64,000 bases of DNA from an uncultured cyanobacterium (lineage in GTDB: Bacteria; Cyanobacteriota; Cyanobacteriia; Cyanobacteriales; CAWUOF01): positions 5,152,001 through 5,216,000 of the forward strand of contig CAVUSO010000001.1 in NCBI GenBank assembly GCA_963744145.1, read 5' to 3'. Position numbers and translations under genes: made by a program. A model generated the notes under the pieces. It made no database searches and was not told the DNA's origin. It saw only the letters and a list, made by a program, of their open reading frames with translations. This document shows, piece by piece, positions 1-8,773 of this stretch (within the stretch, counting starts at the first letter, position 1; every line of letters starts with the position of its first letter).

Positions 1-122
1 AAGCTAAACATCTAAATGAAGAGCAGGAATATCAGGATGAAATTGACCTTGATGCTTTAGATTATGTTTCTTTAGCTGGGTTAAAATTTGATTGGTTACT
101 CAAACGCTTACAAGCAAATTAA
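1..122 (+). CDS. 3' end of cyclic-nucleotide-binding protein associated with NHLP bacteriocin transport (TIGR03896-like), partial
   Basis: Frame 3 reads ...DEIDLDALDYVSLAGLKFDWLLKRLQAN* and resembles the C-terminus of this family; lies directly upstream of the HlyD gene. Confidence 0.6.
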   Translation, partial: AKHLNEEQEYQDEIDLDALDYVSLAGLKFDWLLKRLQAN

Positions 123-133
123 AGTAGACATAT

Positions 134-1573
134 ATGCTTGAAAAAAAGCGTAAAATATTCCGGAAAGAGTCTTTAGAACGATTATCATCTCCGGAAAGAT
201 TAGATCGACTAATGCAAGTCATTAGTCCGAAGGGTTGGTTAAATTTAGGAGCTTTTACTTGTCTGATTTTATTAGGATTAGGTTGGAGTGTACTCGGAAA
301 AATCCCGATTACTGTGACTGGTAAAGGAGTCATTGTCAATCCTCGTCAGATGATAGAATTACAATCACCAATTACGGGACAGTTACAGAAATTAAATATC
401 AAAGTAGGAGATTGTTTTAAGAAAGGAGATATTTTGGCTGAATTAGCACAACCGGAATTACAAAAACAACTGCAACAACAACAAAATAATCTGGCTGAAT
501 TACAAAAACAAGATCGACAATTAAGTGCGATCGCAACAGCTAGAATTGAGATAGAAAAGCAAAATTTAGCCCAGCAAAGACAAAATAAACTGCAACGTCA
601 AAGAGATCAGGGGGAATTAGCGATCGCAGTACGTGAGCAAGAAGTAAAAGCAATCCAAAAAGAGCGAGAAAATCTCAAACAACAGCTAGCAAATAATCAG
701 GGATTAACACCGATATTAGCACAAAGATTAAAAATTCGCCAAGATTTAAAAATTGAAGGTGCGGTTTCAACTGATAATCTGTTAGAAGCAGAACAAGCTT
801 ATCGGAATAATCTGAATGAAATTGCTAATTTACAAGCTCAAATTCAGGAACTAGAAGTTAGAGAAATTAAAGCTAATCAAACCTATAAAGACACCCAAAG
901 TCAAATTAGTGATTTAGACTTCCAATTACAACAGCTCAATAGTCAAGAAAAAAACCTGATTCAACAAAATTTAGAAGCGATCGCAACTCGGAGTAATAAA
1001 ATCCAAGAAGTAAAACGAGCGAGCGCTCAACTCGAACTGCAATTGCAACATAATAGTAAAATTATTTCACCCCAAACTGGCTGTATGCTAGAAATGACGA
1101 TGAACAATGGACAATTTATTACACCTGGGACTAAACTAGGTACGATCGCAACGCAAGATTTAACTAATAAAATTGTCAGTTTAACTTATTTTCCCATTAA
1201 AGATGGTAAACAAATTAAACCGGAGATGACGATCCAAATTACTCCTGACACTGTACCCCGAGAGCGATTTGGAGGAATTATCGGTAATATTGTTTCCATT
1301 ACCCCATTTCCGATTACCAAAGAAGAAATATCGAGAATTGTGGGTAATCCGGAAATTGCTCAATCCCTCGTCTTTGAAGGAGGACAAATTCAAGTTATGG
1401 CCGAAATGAAAAGGAATTATAGTAATATTAGTGGTTATCAGTGGTCTTCTTCCCATGGTCCAGATTTGCAAATTACCACTGGAACTACTACTACAGCTCG
1501 AGTAACTGTAGGAGAACGGGCACCTATCACCTTTATTTTACCATTTTTGAGAGCTAATACTGGAATTTATTAA
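134..1573 (+). CDS. NHLP bacteriocin system secretion protein (HlyD/membrane fusion protein, TIGR03794-like)
   Basis: N-terminal FRKESLERLSSPERLDRLMQV motif, one TM helix, long coiled coil, C-terminal YQWSSS.GP motif. Confidence 0.92.
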   Translation: MLEKKRKIFRKESLERLSSPERLDRLMQVISPKGWLNLGAFTCLILLGLGWSVLGKIPITVTGKGVIVNPRQMIELQSPITGQLQKLNIKVGDCFKKGDILAELAQPELQKQLQQQQNNLAELQKQDRQLSAIATARIEIEKQNLAQQRQNKLQRQRDQGELAIAVREQEVKAIQKERENLKQQLANNQGLTPILAQRLKIRQDLKIEGAVSTDNLLEAEQAYRNNLNEIANLQAQIQELEVREIKANQTYKDTQSQISDLDFQLQQLNSQEKNLIQQNLEAIATRSNKIQEVKRASAQLELQLQHNSKIISPQTGCMLEMTMNNGQFITPGTKLGTIATQDLTNKIVSLTYFPIKDGKQIKPEMTIQITPDTVPRERFGGIIGNIVSITPFPITKEEISRIVGNPEIAQSLVFEGGQIQVMAEMKRNYSNISGYQWSSSHGPDLQITTGTTTTARVTVGERAPITFILPFLRANTGIY

Positions 1574-3871
1574 TATTTAGATTTTGCCAGGATGATGGAA
1601 AAGCTCCTCAACTATCTTAGGTCTTTTTATCTCCTATTGCTCAGGTTCAAAACCAAAATTCAAACATCTTTATTCCCCAACTTCTACCAGTATCGAAAAC
1701 GGGAAAGAACTCCGACAGTATTACAAATGGAAGCAGTAGAATGTGGTGCTGCTGCTTTAGGAATTATCCTAGGTTACTACGGAAGAATTGTCCCATTAGC
1801 AGAATTACGCAAAGAATGTGGAGTCTCAAGAGATGGTGCTAAAGCTTCTAATATTCTCAAAGCTGCTAAAAATTATGGACTCACCGGTAAAGGATTTAAA
1901 AAAGAGCTAGAAGCAATCAAAGAAATTCGCTGTCCTTATATTGTATTTTGGAATTTTAATCATTTTTTAGTAGTAGAAGGATTTAGTAAAAAACGAGTTT
2001 ATCTAAACGATCCAGCGACGGGACCTCGTCCTGTTACTTGGGAAGAATTTGACGAATCTTACACCGGAGTCATCCTGGTGATGGAACCAGGAGTAGACTT
2101 TGTTAAAGGTGGACGTAAACCTAATATTATCTTCGCATTATGGGAAAGATTACGGGATTCATTAGGAGCGATCGCTTACTGTTTGTTAGCAGGATTACTA
2201 TTAGTTATTCCTGGATTAGCTATCCCAGCTTTTACCCAGATATTTGTTGATCAAATTTTAATTCAAAACCGACAAGAATGGTTAAATCCCTTGCTTTTGG
2301 GTCTGAGTGCGACAGCTTTAATTCGGGGATTATTAGCTACATTGCGGTTTAAATATCTCCGCTATTTAAAAATTAAACTAGCTGTCACCATGTCGAGTGA
2401 ATTTATTTGGCATATTTTGCGTTTACCGATTAGTTTTTATGCTCAAAGATTTGCAGGGGAAATTGCCAATCGAGTCCGGATTAATGATCAAGTTGCTGAT
2501 ATCCTATCAGGTCAATTAGCGACAACTATTATTGATATGATTATGATGATTTTTTATGGAATTGTCATGAGTGAATATGATTTAATTTTGACCATGATCG
2601 GGATTTTTTTCGCTAGTATTAATTTAGTCGCTTTAATGCAACTATCCCGTTGGAGAGTAGATGCTAATTTACGGTTAGGACAGGAAGAAAGCAAAGCATC
2701 AGGATTTGCGATCGCGGGATTGCAAAGTATTGAAACTATAAAAGCATCTGCACTAGAATCAGACTTTTTTTCCCGGTGGTCTGGTTATTATGCTAAAACT
2801 ATCAACGCTCAACAAGAACTAGACCTGCAAAACCAAGCATTGGGAACTTTACCAATCTTTCTAAATGCAATTACCTCGATTTTAATCTTAGTAATTGGTG
2901 GGTTACGAGTCATAGAAGGTAATTTGAGTATTGGGATGTTAATTGCTTTTCAAAGTTTGATGGAAAGTTTTCTAGAACCAATTAACCGTTTCGTTAACTT
3001 GGGGAGTAAAATCCAAGAACTAGAAGGTGATTTAAGTCGTCTAGATGATGTTCTCAACAACCCCATTGATCCGCAAATGAAATTAATTGAGAACCAAACC
3101 CAATTATCCGGAGCTGCTAGATCGACCACAACATTGATGGACGATTATCGGTTACAAGGTTATGTGGAACTGCGAAATATTTGCTTTGGGTACAGTCCAG
3201 TTGATGCACCTTTAATAGAAAATTTTAATCTCCAAATCTACCCCGGACAACGAGTAGCATTAGTAGGAGCAAGTGGTTCAGGAAAATCGACAGTTGCTAA
3301 ATTAATTAGCGGATTATACAATCCTTGGGAAGGAGAAATTCTGTTTGATGGAATACTCCGGGAAGAAATTCCCCGAGCAGTCTTAATTAATTCGATCGCT
3401 ATGGTAGATCAAGAGATTTTATTATTTGCTGGTACGATTCGCGAAAATTTAACTTTGTGGGATAATTCGATTCCCGATCGATATTTAATCCAAGCTTGTC
3501 AAGATGCAGCGATCGCTGATGTAGTAATATCTTTAGAAGGTGGTTATAATGCTTACCTACTGGAAAGTGCAGGAAATTTAAGTGGTGGTCAACAACAGCG
3601 ATTAGAAATTGCTCGTGCTTTGGTAAATAATCCCAGGATTCTGATTATGGATGAAGCAACCAGCGCTCTTGATCCGGAAACTGAAAAAATTATTGACCAA
3701 AACCTGCGACGACGCGGTTGTACTTGTATTATTGTCGCTCATCGACTTACCACAATTCGTGATTGTGATTTAATTATGGTATTTGAAAAAGGCAAAGTAG
3801 TTCAACAGGGAACCCACGAAGAATTATGGCAAGAACAAGGTATATATGCAGAATTAATTAGCAGCGAATGA
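1428..3871 (+). repeat. 2.44-kb direct repeat, copy A (HlyD 3' end + ABC gene)
   Basis: Near-identical to 12787-15230 at a constant offset of 11359. Confidence 0.97.
1592..3871 (+). CDS. NHLP bacteriocin export ABC transporter with C39 peptidase/permease/ATPase (TIGR03796-like), copy 1
   Basis: QMEAVECGAAAL (catalytic Cys), NHFLVV, TM domain, Walker A GASGSGKS, LSGGQQQR, DEATSALD. Confidence 0.95.
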   Translation: MMEKLLNYLRSFYLLLLRFKTKIQTSLFPNFYQYRKRERTPTVLQMEAVECGAAALGIILGYYGRIVPLAELRKECGVSRDGAKASNILKAAKNYGLTGKGFKKELEAIKEIRCPYIVFWNFNHFLVVEGFSKKRVYLNDPATGPRPVTWEEFDESYTGVILVMEPGVDFVKGGRKPNIIFALWERLRDSLGAIAYCLLAGLLLVIPGLAIPAFTQIFVDQILIQNRQEWLNPLLLGLSATALIRGLLATLRFKYLRYLKIKLAVTMSSEFIWHILRLPISFYAQRFAGEIANRVRINDQVADILSGQLATTIIDMIMMIFYGIVMSEYDLILTMIGIFFASINLVALMQLSRWRVDANLRLGQEESKASGFAIAGLQSIETIKASALESDFFSRWSGYYAKTINAQQELDLQNQALGTLPIFLNAITSILILVIGGLRVIEGNLSIGMLIAFQSLMESFLEPINRFVNLGSKIQELEGDLSRLDDVLNNPIDPQMKLIENQTQLSGAARSTTTLMDDYRLQGYVELRNICFGYSPVDAPLIENFNLQIYPGQRVALVGASGSGKSTVAKLISGLYNPWEGEILFDGILREEIPRAVLINSIAMVDQEILLFAGTIRENLTLWDNSIPDRYLIQACQDAAIADVVISLEGGYNAYLLESAGNLSGGQQQRLEIARALVNNPRILIMDEATSALDPETEKIIDQNLRRRGCTCIIVAHRLTTIRDCDLIMVFEKGKVVQQGTHEELWQEQGIYAELISSE

Positions 3872-3931
3872 AATACAATCTTTATATAATTTGAATAAAT
3901 CCCCAAGAATTGCATCATTTAGGACAAAACC

Positions 3932-4534
3932 ATGACACAAGTTAACTTATCCCAAATCATTGCAGTCAATATCCCACCCATCCTAACACTGAAAATTACC
4001 CACGAACAATTTATTGAGTTAACGCGAGTGAACCGAGACTTACAATTAGAAAGAACTAGTACAGGAGACTTGATTATTATGCCACCAACAGGAGGTACTA
4101 CAGGTAATAGAAATTTAGATATTGAAGGACAACTCTGGTTATGGAACCGTCAAACAAAACTTGGTAAAACATTTAACTCTTCGACAGGTTTCCATCTCCC
4201 TAATGGTGCCAATCGTTCCCCTGATGCAGCTTGGGTAAGTCAAGACCGATGGGACACACTCACCAGAGAGCAACAAGATGAATTTGTCCCTCTTTGCCCT
4301 GATTTTATAGTAGAATTGCGTTCCAAAAGCGATAATATGGAACCACTACGAGCCAAAATGAAAGAATACATAGAAAATGGTACTCGTTTAGGTTGGTTGA
4401 TTGACAGAAAAAACAAAAAGGTGGAAATTTATCGACCCGATCGGGATGTGGAAGTCCTTAATCATCCGACAACTTTGTCTGGTGAAGATATCTTACCTGG
4501 GTTTATGTTAGATTTAACAGAAATATGGCAATAA
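3932..4534 (+). CDS. Uma2 family putative endonuclease (DUF820)
   Basis: SPDAAWVS, CPDFIVELRS, GTRLGWLID motifs. Confidence 0.92.
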   Translation: MTQVNLSQIIAVNIPPILTLKITHEQFIELTRVNRDLQLERTSTGDLIIMPPTGGTTGNRNLDIEGQLWLWNRQTKLGKTFNSSTGFHLPNGANRSPDAAWVSQDRWDTLTREQQDEFVPLCPDFIVELRSKSDNMEPLRAKMKEYIENGTRLGWLIDRKNKKVEIYRPDRDVEVLNHPTTLSGEDILPGFMLDLTEIWQ

Positions 4535-4723
4535 TTATTTGGTGAGTCATTGAATAGCCTCGATCGCGTCAAAAATTTTTAAAATTGAGGTAAAATCAGA
4601 TGACAAGAACCAATTATTTTAGTTTTAAGATTGGCGATCGCCAAGACAAGGATAGGTATTTTTCCCAGTCTCAGAGTCGAGTGTAGATTGTGATGTCAGT
4701 GGAGGATTGTTCAGTCTTGAGGT

Positions 4724-4768
4724 TGATAGAACCAGAGCGAATTTTGTATTTAGCAGTTACGATAGATA
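4724..4768 (+). pseudogene. xisH: XisH internal fragment interrupted by a MITE
   Basis: Encodes IEPERILYLAVTID; identical 45 bp at 12658-12702; MITE left end starts at 4769. Confidence 0.7.
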
Positions 4769-5120
4769 CAGCGGATGACCTGTTGATGAAGTACAGTAAG
4801 ATTTGGCATGAATGGCGATCGGTTAAAGTCGCTTGTGAGTGATCTGTGTTGGTTGGGCAGGTTTATGATAGTTATCTGTTTGCAGCAGAATTAATTGGTG
4901 AACCTGCCCCTACAAATCCCGGTTGATTGTGATCATAAATTCATTCACCTGCCCCTACAAATCCTGTTAATCTTGTAATCCTCTAATCCTGATCGATTTT
5001 TTGGTGAATCCCTGTAGGGGCGGGTTCACCGATGAACTTGCTACACACAAATAACCCTTGTGCCGAGCGTAGTCGAGGTATTAATGAACCCGCCCTGCCC
5101 CACAGATCACCTTGATGAAC
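4769..5120. mobile_element. MITE family A, copy 1 (right end lost), carrying GTAG-type REP hairpins
   Basis: Begins CAGCGGATGACCTGTTGATGAAGTACAG and aligns by eye to 44088-44508 and 51572-54133. Confidence 0.8.
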
Positions 5121-5169
5121 TTCATAAACCTGGAATAGGCTGTATCTCCCAAAATATCCTTAAACGAAC

Positions 5170-5422
5170 CGTATTGCAAGTGATATTTGATCAGGAACGC
5201 GATCGCTATCAAGTTCTTAATATTGGTTGGCAAGAGCTAACGCGAGTATTTGGTTGTATTATTTATGTAGAAATCAAAGATGGTAAAATTTGGATTGAAC
5301 GGGATGGGATAGAAATCGGTGTTGCCAATGAATTAGTAGAAGCTGGAGTTCCTAAGCAAGATATAGTTCTGGCATTTCAAGCTCCCTATAGACGGAAATT
5401 TACTGAGTTTGCGGTTGGTTAA
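5170..5422 (+). pseudogene. xisI: XisI, 5'-truncated
   Basis: IFDQERDRYQVLNIGW...IKDGKIWIE.DG.E.GVANELVEAGVPKQDIVLAF; the ORF N-terminus (5060-5170) is MITE-derived or unrelated sequence. Confidence 0.8.
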
Positions 5423-5660
5423 AGTACTAGGTGGGATGTGTTCAGTTATGTTTTAGAAAGACGATTAAGTTATTGGGGTGATATTTTCCTTCCTTTAGAG
5501 AATGCGAAAGATTATTTCTTACTGATTTAATCGGGTATTTTTAGTGAGCGATCGCTCACTTTACAGTTTTTTGATGAGTTAGACTAAGATAGGTTGGTGA
5601 GGTTGGGAGTTGGTGGATATCTATGCCATAATTATGAAAGAATTAAATTAACGATGAACC

Positions 5661-5873
5661 ATGACAACTAATGTTGAAATTAACGAAGAATTAGTGAAAG
5701 TGGCATTGCAGTTAACCCAGTTCAAAACCGAAAAAGAACTGATTGAATTTGCTTTGCAAGAATTAATCCGTACCCGTAAAAAGCCAAATCTACTTGATTT
5801 AAGTGGACAAATTCAATTTGCACCTGACTACGACTATAAAACCTTGCGGTCAAACCGAAATGTTTCTGATTGA
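5661..5873 (+). CDS. vapB: VapB-type antitoxin
   Basis: MTTNVEINEELV...ALQELIR, RHH-like; overlaps a PIN toxin gene. Confidence 0.85.
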   Translation: MTTNVEINEELVKVALQLTQFKTEKELIEFALQELIRTRKKPNLLDLSGQIQFAPDYDYKTLRSNRNVSD

Positions 5874-6267
5874 TACCTCAGTCTGGATTGGTGTTTTTCG
5901 CGACAGAACAGGTAAAGTTCGTCAATCCCTCGAATTAATAATCCATGATGAAAGTATTTTTCTGAGCCGATTTACTCAGATGGAACTTTTACAAGGTTGT
6001 CGAGATGAGCGCGAGTGGATACTATTACAAACTTATCTCCAACAACAAGACTACATTGAGCCAATGCCTAATACTTGGGTAGCGGCGGCTAGGATTTATT
6101 ATGATTTGCAACGACAGGGGTTAACGGTTAGAAGTAGCATTGACTGCTGTATTGCTCAACTCGCGATCGAACACCAACTTATTTTAATTCATAACGATCG
6201 GGATTTTGAAACAATTCAGAGGGTGCGATCGTTAAATTGCTTGCACTTCCGACCTGAAAATAATTAA
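5860..6267 (+). CDS. vapC: VapC PIN-domain toxin
   Basis: ATG at 5860: MFLIDTSVWI...SIDCCIAQLA...HNDRDF. Confidence 0.9.
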   Translation: MFLIDTSVWIGVFRDRTGKVRQSLELIIHDESIFLSRFTQMELLQGCRDEREWILLQTYLQQQDYIEPMPNTWVAAARIYYDLQRQGLTVRSSIDCCIAQLAIEHQLILIHNDRDFETIQRVRSLNCLHFRPENN

Positions 6268-6293
6268 AGGAAACAATAATGCTATGCTATTCT

Positions 6294-6398
6294 GCTAAAG
6301 CAGTAGTCCGACGGCAAGGTTTACTCAACTCTAAGAAAACTAAAACTCCAGTAACATTACCCATTGACAGCGATGTATTGGAGTAGTTCAAATCTCAA
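6294..6398 (+). pseudogene. BrnA-type antitoxin fragment
   Basis: AKAVVRRQGL...KTPVTLPIDSDVLE*FKSQ; stop codon where the family usually has Trp. Confidence 0.65.
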
Positions 6399-6450
6399 GT
6401 TTGCCCTGATCCGACTCAGAAATGATCAAAATTGAAAATAGGTAAAAACG

Positions 6451-6675
6451 ATGTCAACAGTTTATCATTTAAAAGCCAGTGAACTAGGTCATGATTTTTT
6501 AGAAGACATCAAAGCAACTTTTGGAGATAAAGAGATTGAAATAATTGTCTCTGAATTTGATGAGACCAAATATCTTTTGAAATCAGAAGTCAATAAGAAC
6601 CGACTTTTGAGAGCCATTGAAAATGTTAAAAATGGTAAAAATTTAGTTGAAGTTAACTTACAGGATTTGCAATAA
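6451..6675 (+). CDS. Small antitoxin-like protein (YoeB-partner type)
   Basis: DETKYLLKSEVNKNRLLRAIENV resembles a YefM C-terminus; followed by a 9-codon YoeB-like stub (ISRRIFFES, 6672-6698). Confidence 0.6.
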   Translation: MSTVYHLKASELGHDFLEDIKATFGDKEIEIIVSEFDETKYLLKSEVNKNRLLRAIENVKNGKNLVEVNLQDLQ

Positions 6676-6841
6676 GTAGAAGAATTTTTTTTGAATCCCT
6701 ACTATATACAGATCGCAACCTATAAAAGTTTGGTTAAAAGCTTGGGGTACAGCGATCGCAAAGACAAGGATAGAAATTTCAGTCTAGATTACCAGTCTAT
6801 TAATCCCGATTAACAAAAGCAACATAATATATATGTTTAAA

Positions 6842-6935
6842 GTAGGAGCGAACGCGAAAGCGTGCTGTAGATATCAGCATTCCAGCAGATCAGTTATAGA
6901 TTAAAACCAGGAATTTATTTCTGGAATGCTTCGCC
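6842..6935. repeat. Degenerate GTAG-type REP doublet
   Basis: GTAGGAGCGAA...GCATTCCAG...CTGGAATGCTTCGCC inverted arms; related to 11148-11222. Confidence 0.5.
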
Positions 6936-7008
6936 ATTCTTCCTAATTGTTTGAGGTAGTCCGGGTAATAAAATGCGAACTGAACCACAGTGTAATCATC
7001 GCTTTTCA

Positions 7009-7242
7009 TTAACCTGGAATAGGCTGTATAGGCATCACCAATAACGTAATTCCTGCACGACCAACAACACAGACAGACTGATTAGGAATTAAAGTCATTT
7101 GATACTCTAATTTGTAAAGTCGTGCTGGCCAATAAGTTCCCTGACATTTGACTCTCCCTGGATGTTTTGACGAAATTGTTTCATTAACAATTCCTTCAAT
7201 TGCTTCAGGAAATAATTCCGGTTTATCGTTACTAAAAAACAT
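7009..7242 (-). CDS. NfeD-like C-terminal OB-fold protein
   Basis: GRVKCQGTYWPARL...V.VVGR.GITLLVMP. Confidence 0.85.
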   Translation of the reverse strand: MFFSNDKPELFPEAIEGIVNETISSKHPGRVKCQGTYWPARLYKLEYQMTLIPNQSVCVVGRAGITLLVMPIQPIPG

Positions 7243-7278
7243 TCTGTTTTACCTAAAAATATCCTAAAAAATCTGAGT

Positions 7279-7893
7279 TTAAAAGTTGTTAATAATTACG
7301 GGTGGACTTGATCGCGCAGGTGGATAATTTGGATATACTGGTTGCAAGTAAATCGGTTGTTGATAAGGTGGTTGCGGGTAGTTTGGGTATGTTGGTTGTT
7401 GATAAGGTGGTTGCGGGTAGTTTGGGTATGTTGGTTGTTGATAAGGTGGTTGTGAATAGTTTGGGTATGTTGGTTGTTGATAAGATGATTGTGGATAATT
7501 TGGATATGGTGATTGTTGATAAGGTGGTTGTTGATAAGGTGGTTGTTGATAATTTGGTTGTGGATAATTTTGTACTGGATTATTTGGATATCCAGACTGG
7601 TCATAATTTGGTGTTAGGATACTTGGATATCCTGCTGGTGAATTATCGCCAATTCCTGGAATACCAGTTACATTATTTGGAGGATTGATATATGGTTGAT
7701 TAGCGGGTAATCGTTGGGTACTGGAACCACGCAATATACCATCTACAGCATTGCGTCCCAAAATATCAAGTATATTTTTAAGAGGTATGGCTAAAGAACT
7801 TTGGGCATTAAAAATAACCATGGGAATGGATATTATGATCCCGACAGCTATTTGACCAAATTGCTTTTGAAATCGATTAGTTTGAGTAATCAT
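7279..7893 (-). CDS. Secreted protein with Q/P/Y/N-rich tandem repeats
   Basis: Sec-like signal peptide ending SSLA; 13-aa repeats YQQPTYPNYPQPP. Confidence 0.75.
   Translation of the reverse strand: MITQTNRFQKQFGQIAVGIIISIPMVIFNAQSSLAIPLKNILDILGRNAVDGILRGSSTQRLPANQPYINPPNNVTGIPGIGDNSPAGYPSILTPNYDQSGYPNNPVQNYPQPNYQQPPYQQPPYQQSPYPNYPQSSYQQPTYPNYSQPPYQQPTYPNYPQPPYQQPTYPNYPQPPYQQPIYLQPVYPNYPPARSSPPVIINNF
7362..7570. repeat. 39-bp coding tandem repeat
   Basis: GATAAGGTGGTTGCGGGTAGTTTGGGTATGTTGGTTGTT twice exactly, one near-exact copy, then degenerate units. Confidence 0.9.
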
Positions 7894-7994
7894 GTTTTTA
7901 CTCGCTTTTTTAGCTAAAGACTTGAGATTAAGAGGGCGATCGCAATTTCTATAGGAATCGCGATCGCCAAGTTTAGTTAACGTTTAATTGCTAC

Positions 7995-8447
7995 TTACCA
8001 TCCACGCTTCCGCATAAAAGCATCTGCATATTGATTTGGCATTCGCTCATAGCAATTGGCTTGACCATTTTCAACTCGCATCGCAATAGTCCATCGCATG
8101 GCAGTTTTGATAGCACCATTTCGCCAACCTGTGTAGTAAGTGTCTGCGACTTTGTTAACACATCGGTCAACTAAAACTCCGTCTGCACGACTACGGTATT
8201 GGTTTTGAACAGCTTGTGTTTCCTGTGGACTCAGGTTAGTCATAAATACTTGTTTGTTCCAAGGAGTCCAAAGATTGCTGACTATTGCGTTCCAGTTATC
8301 ATTAAGAAAATTGGCTGCTTCACTCAAAGAAACGGCTTGAGCAGATTGGGTGTTGATGCTGGTTAAACTTAAAACAGTGGTTGTAGAAAGAACAGCAACA
8401 CCAGCCGCAAATTTAGTAAAACAACGAGCAGTTTTGTTGTTTAGCAT
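7995..8447 (-). CDS. Secreted hypothetical protein
   Basis: Likely start ATG 8447 with GAGGA upstream; signal peptide ending AQA; two Cys in the mature part. Confidence 0.7.
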   Translation of the reverse strand: MLNNKTARCFTKFAAGVAVLSTTTVLSLTSINTQSAQAVSLSEAANFLNDNWNAIVSNLWTPWNKQVFMTNLSPQETQAVQNQYRSRADGVLVDRCVNKVADTYYTGWRNGAIKTAMRWTIAMRVENGQANCYERMPNQYADAFMRKRGW

Positions 8448-8773
8448 TTGGAAATCCTCATGTACTTGTTTGAAAATGGAGCCGATGGTTTCTCTGCATA
8501 CCTGTAGCAAGTTGCTGCTAAGTAGTTGTGGTGTGCAGGAGCATCTGAAAAAATCTTCTGGTAGTTATCAGGTTTTGTCGTGGGGAGAAAAAGGAGTTAA
8601 GAACGGACTTAAGATTTTCTGATAAAATCGTGAAAAGCTAGAGACAGAGAGACTTTCCTCACTGTCAAATTTAGATATTAAAATCCTTAACTACCTTAAA
8701 ATCGAGAATAAAGCTCTTATCTGCCGTAGGGATGACCCAAGTCCAAAAATTCTGATTTAAGAGACACAATTAC

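Noticed and set aside
5060..5170. N-terminus of the 120-aa XisI ORF as real coding sequence
   Set aside because: Derived from the MITE (same peptide appears in ORF 53880) plus an NfeD-end scar
7362..7570. Possible CRISPR array
   Set aside because: Repeats are contiguous with no unique spacers, have codon-multiple length, and there are no cas genes
7302..7688. Plus-strand 128-aa ORF and alternate-frame 102-aa ORF over the tandem repeat
   Set aside because: Shadow frames kept open by the low-complexity 39-bp repeat; the minus-strand ORF with a signal peptide is the plausible gene
7995..8447. Bacteriocin precursor for the C39 exporter
   Set aside because: Has a Sec-type signal ending AQA, with no double-glycine or Nif11/NHLP leader
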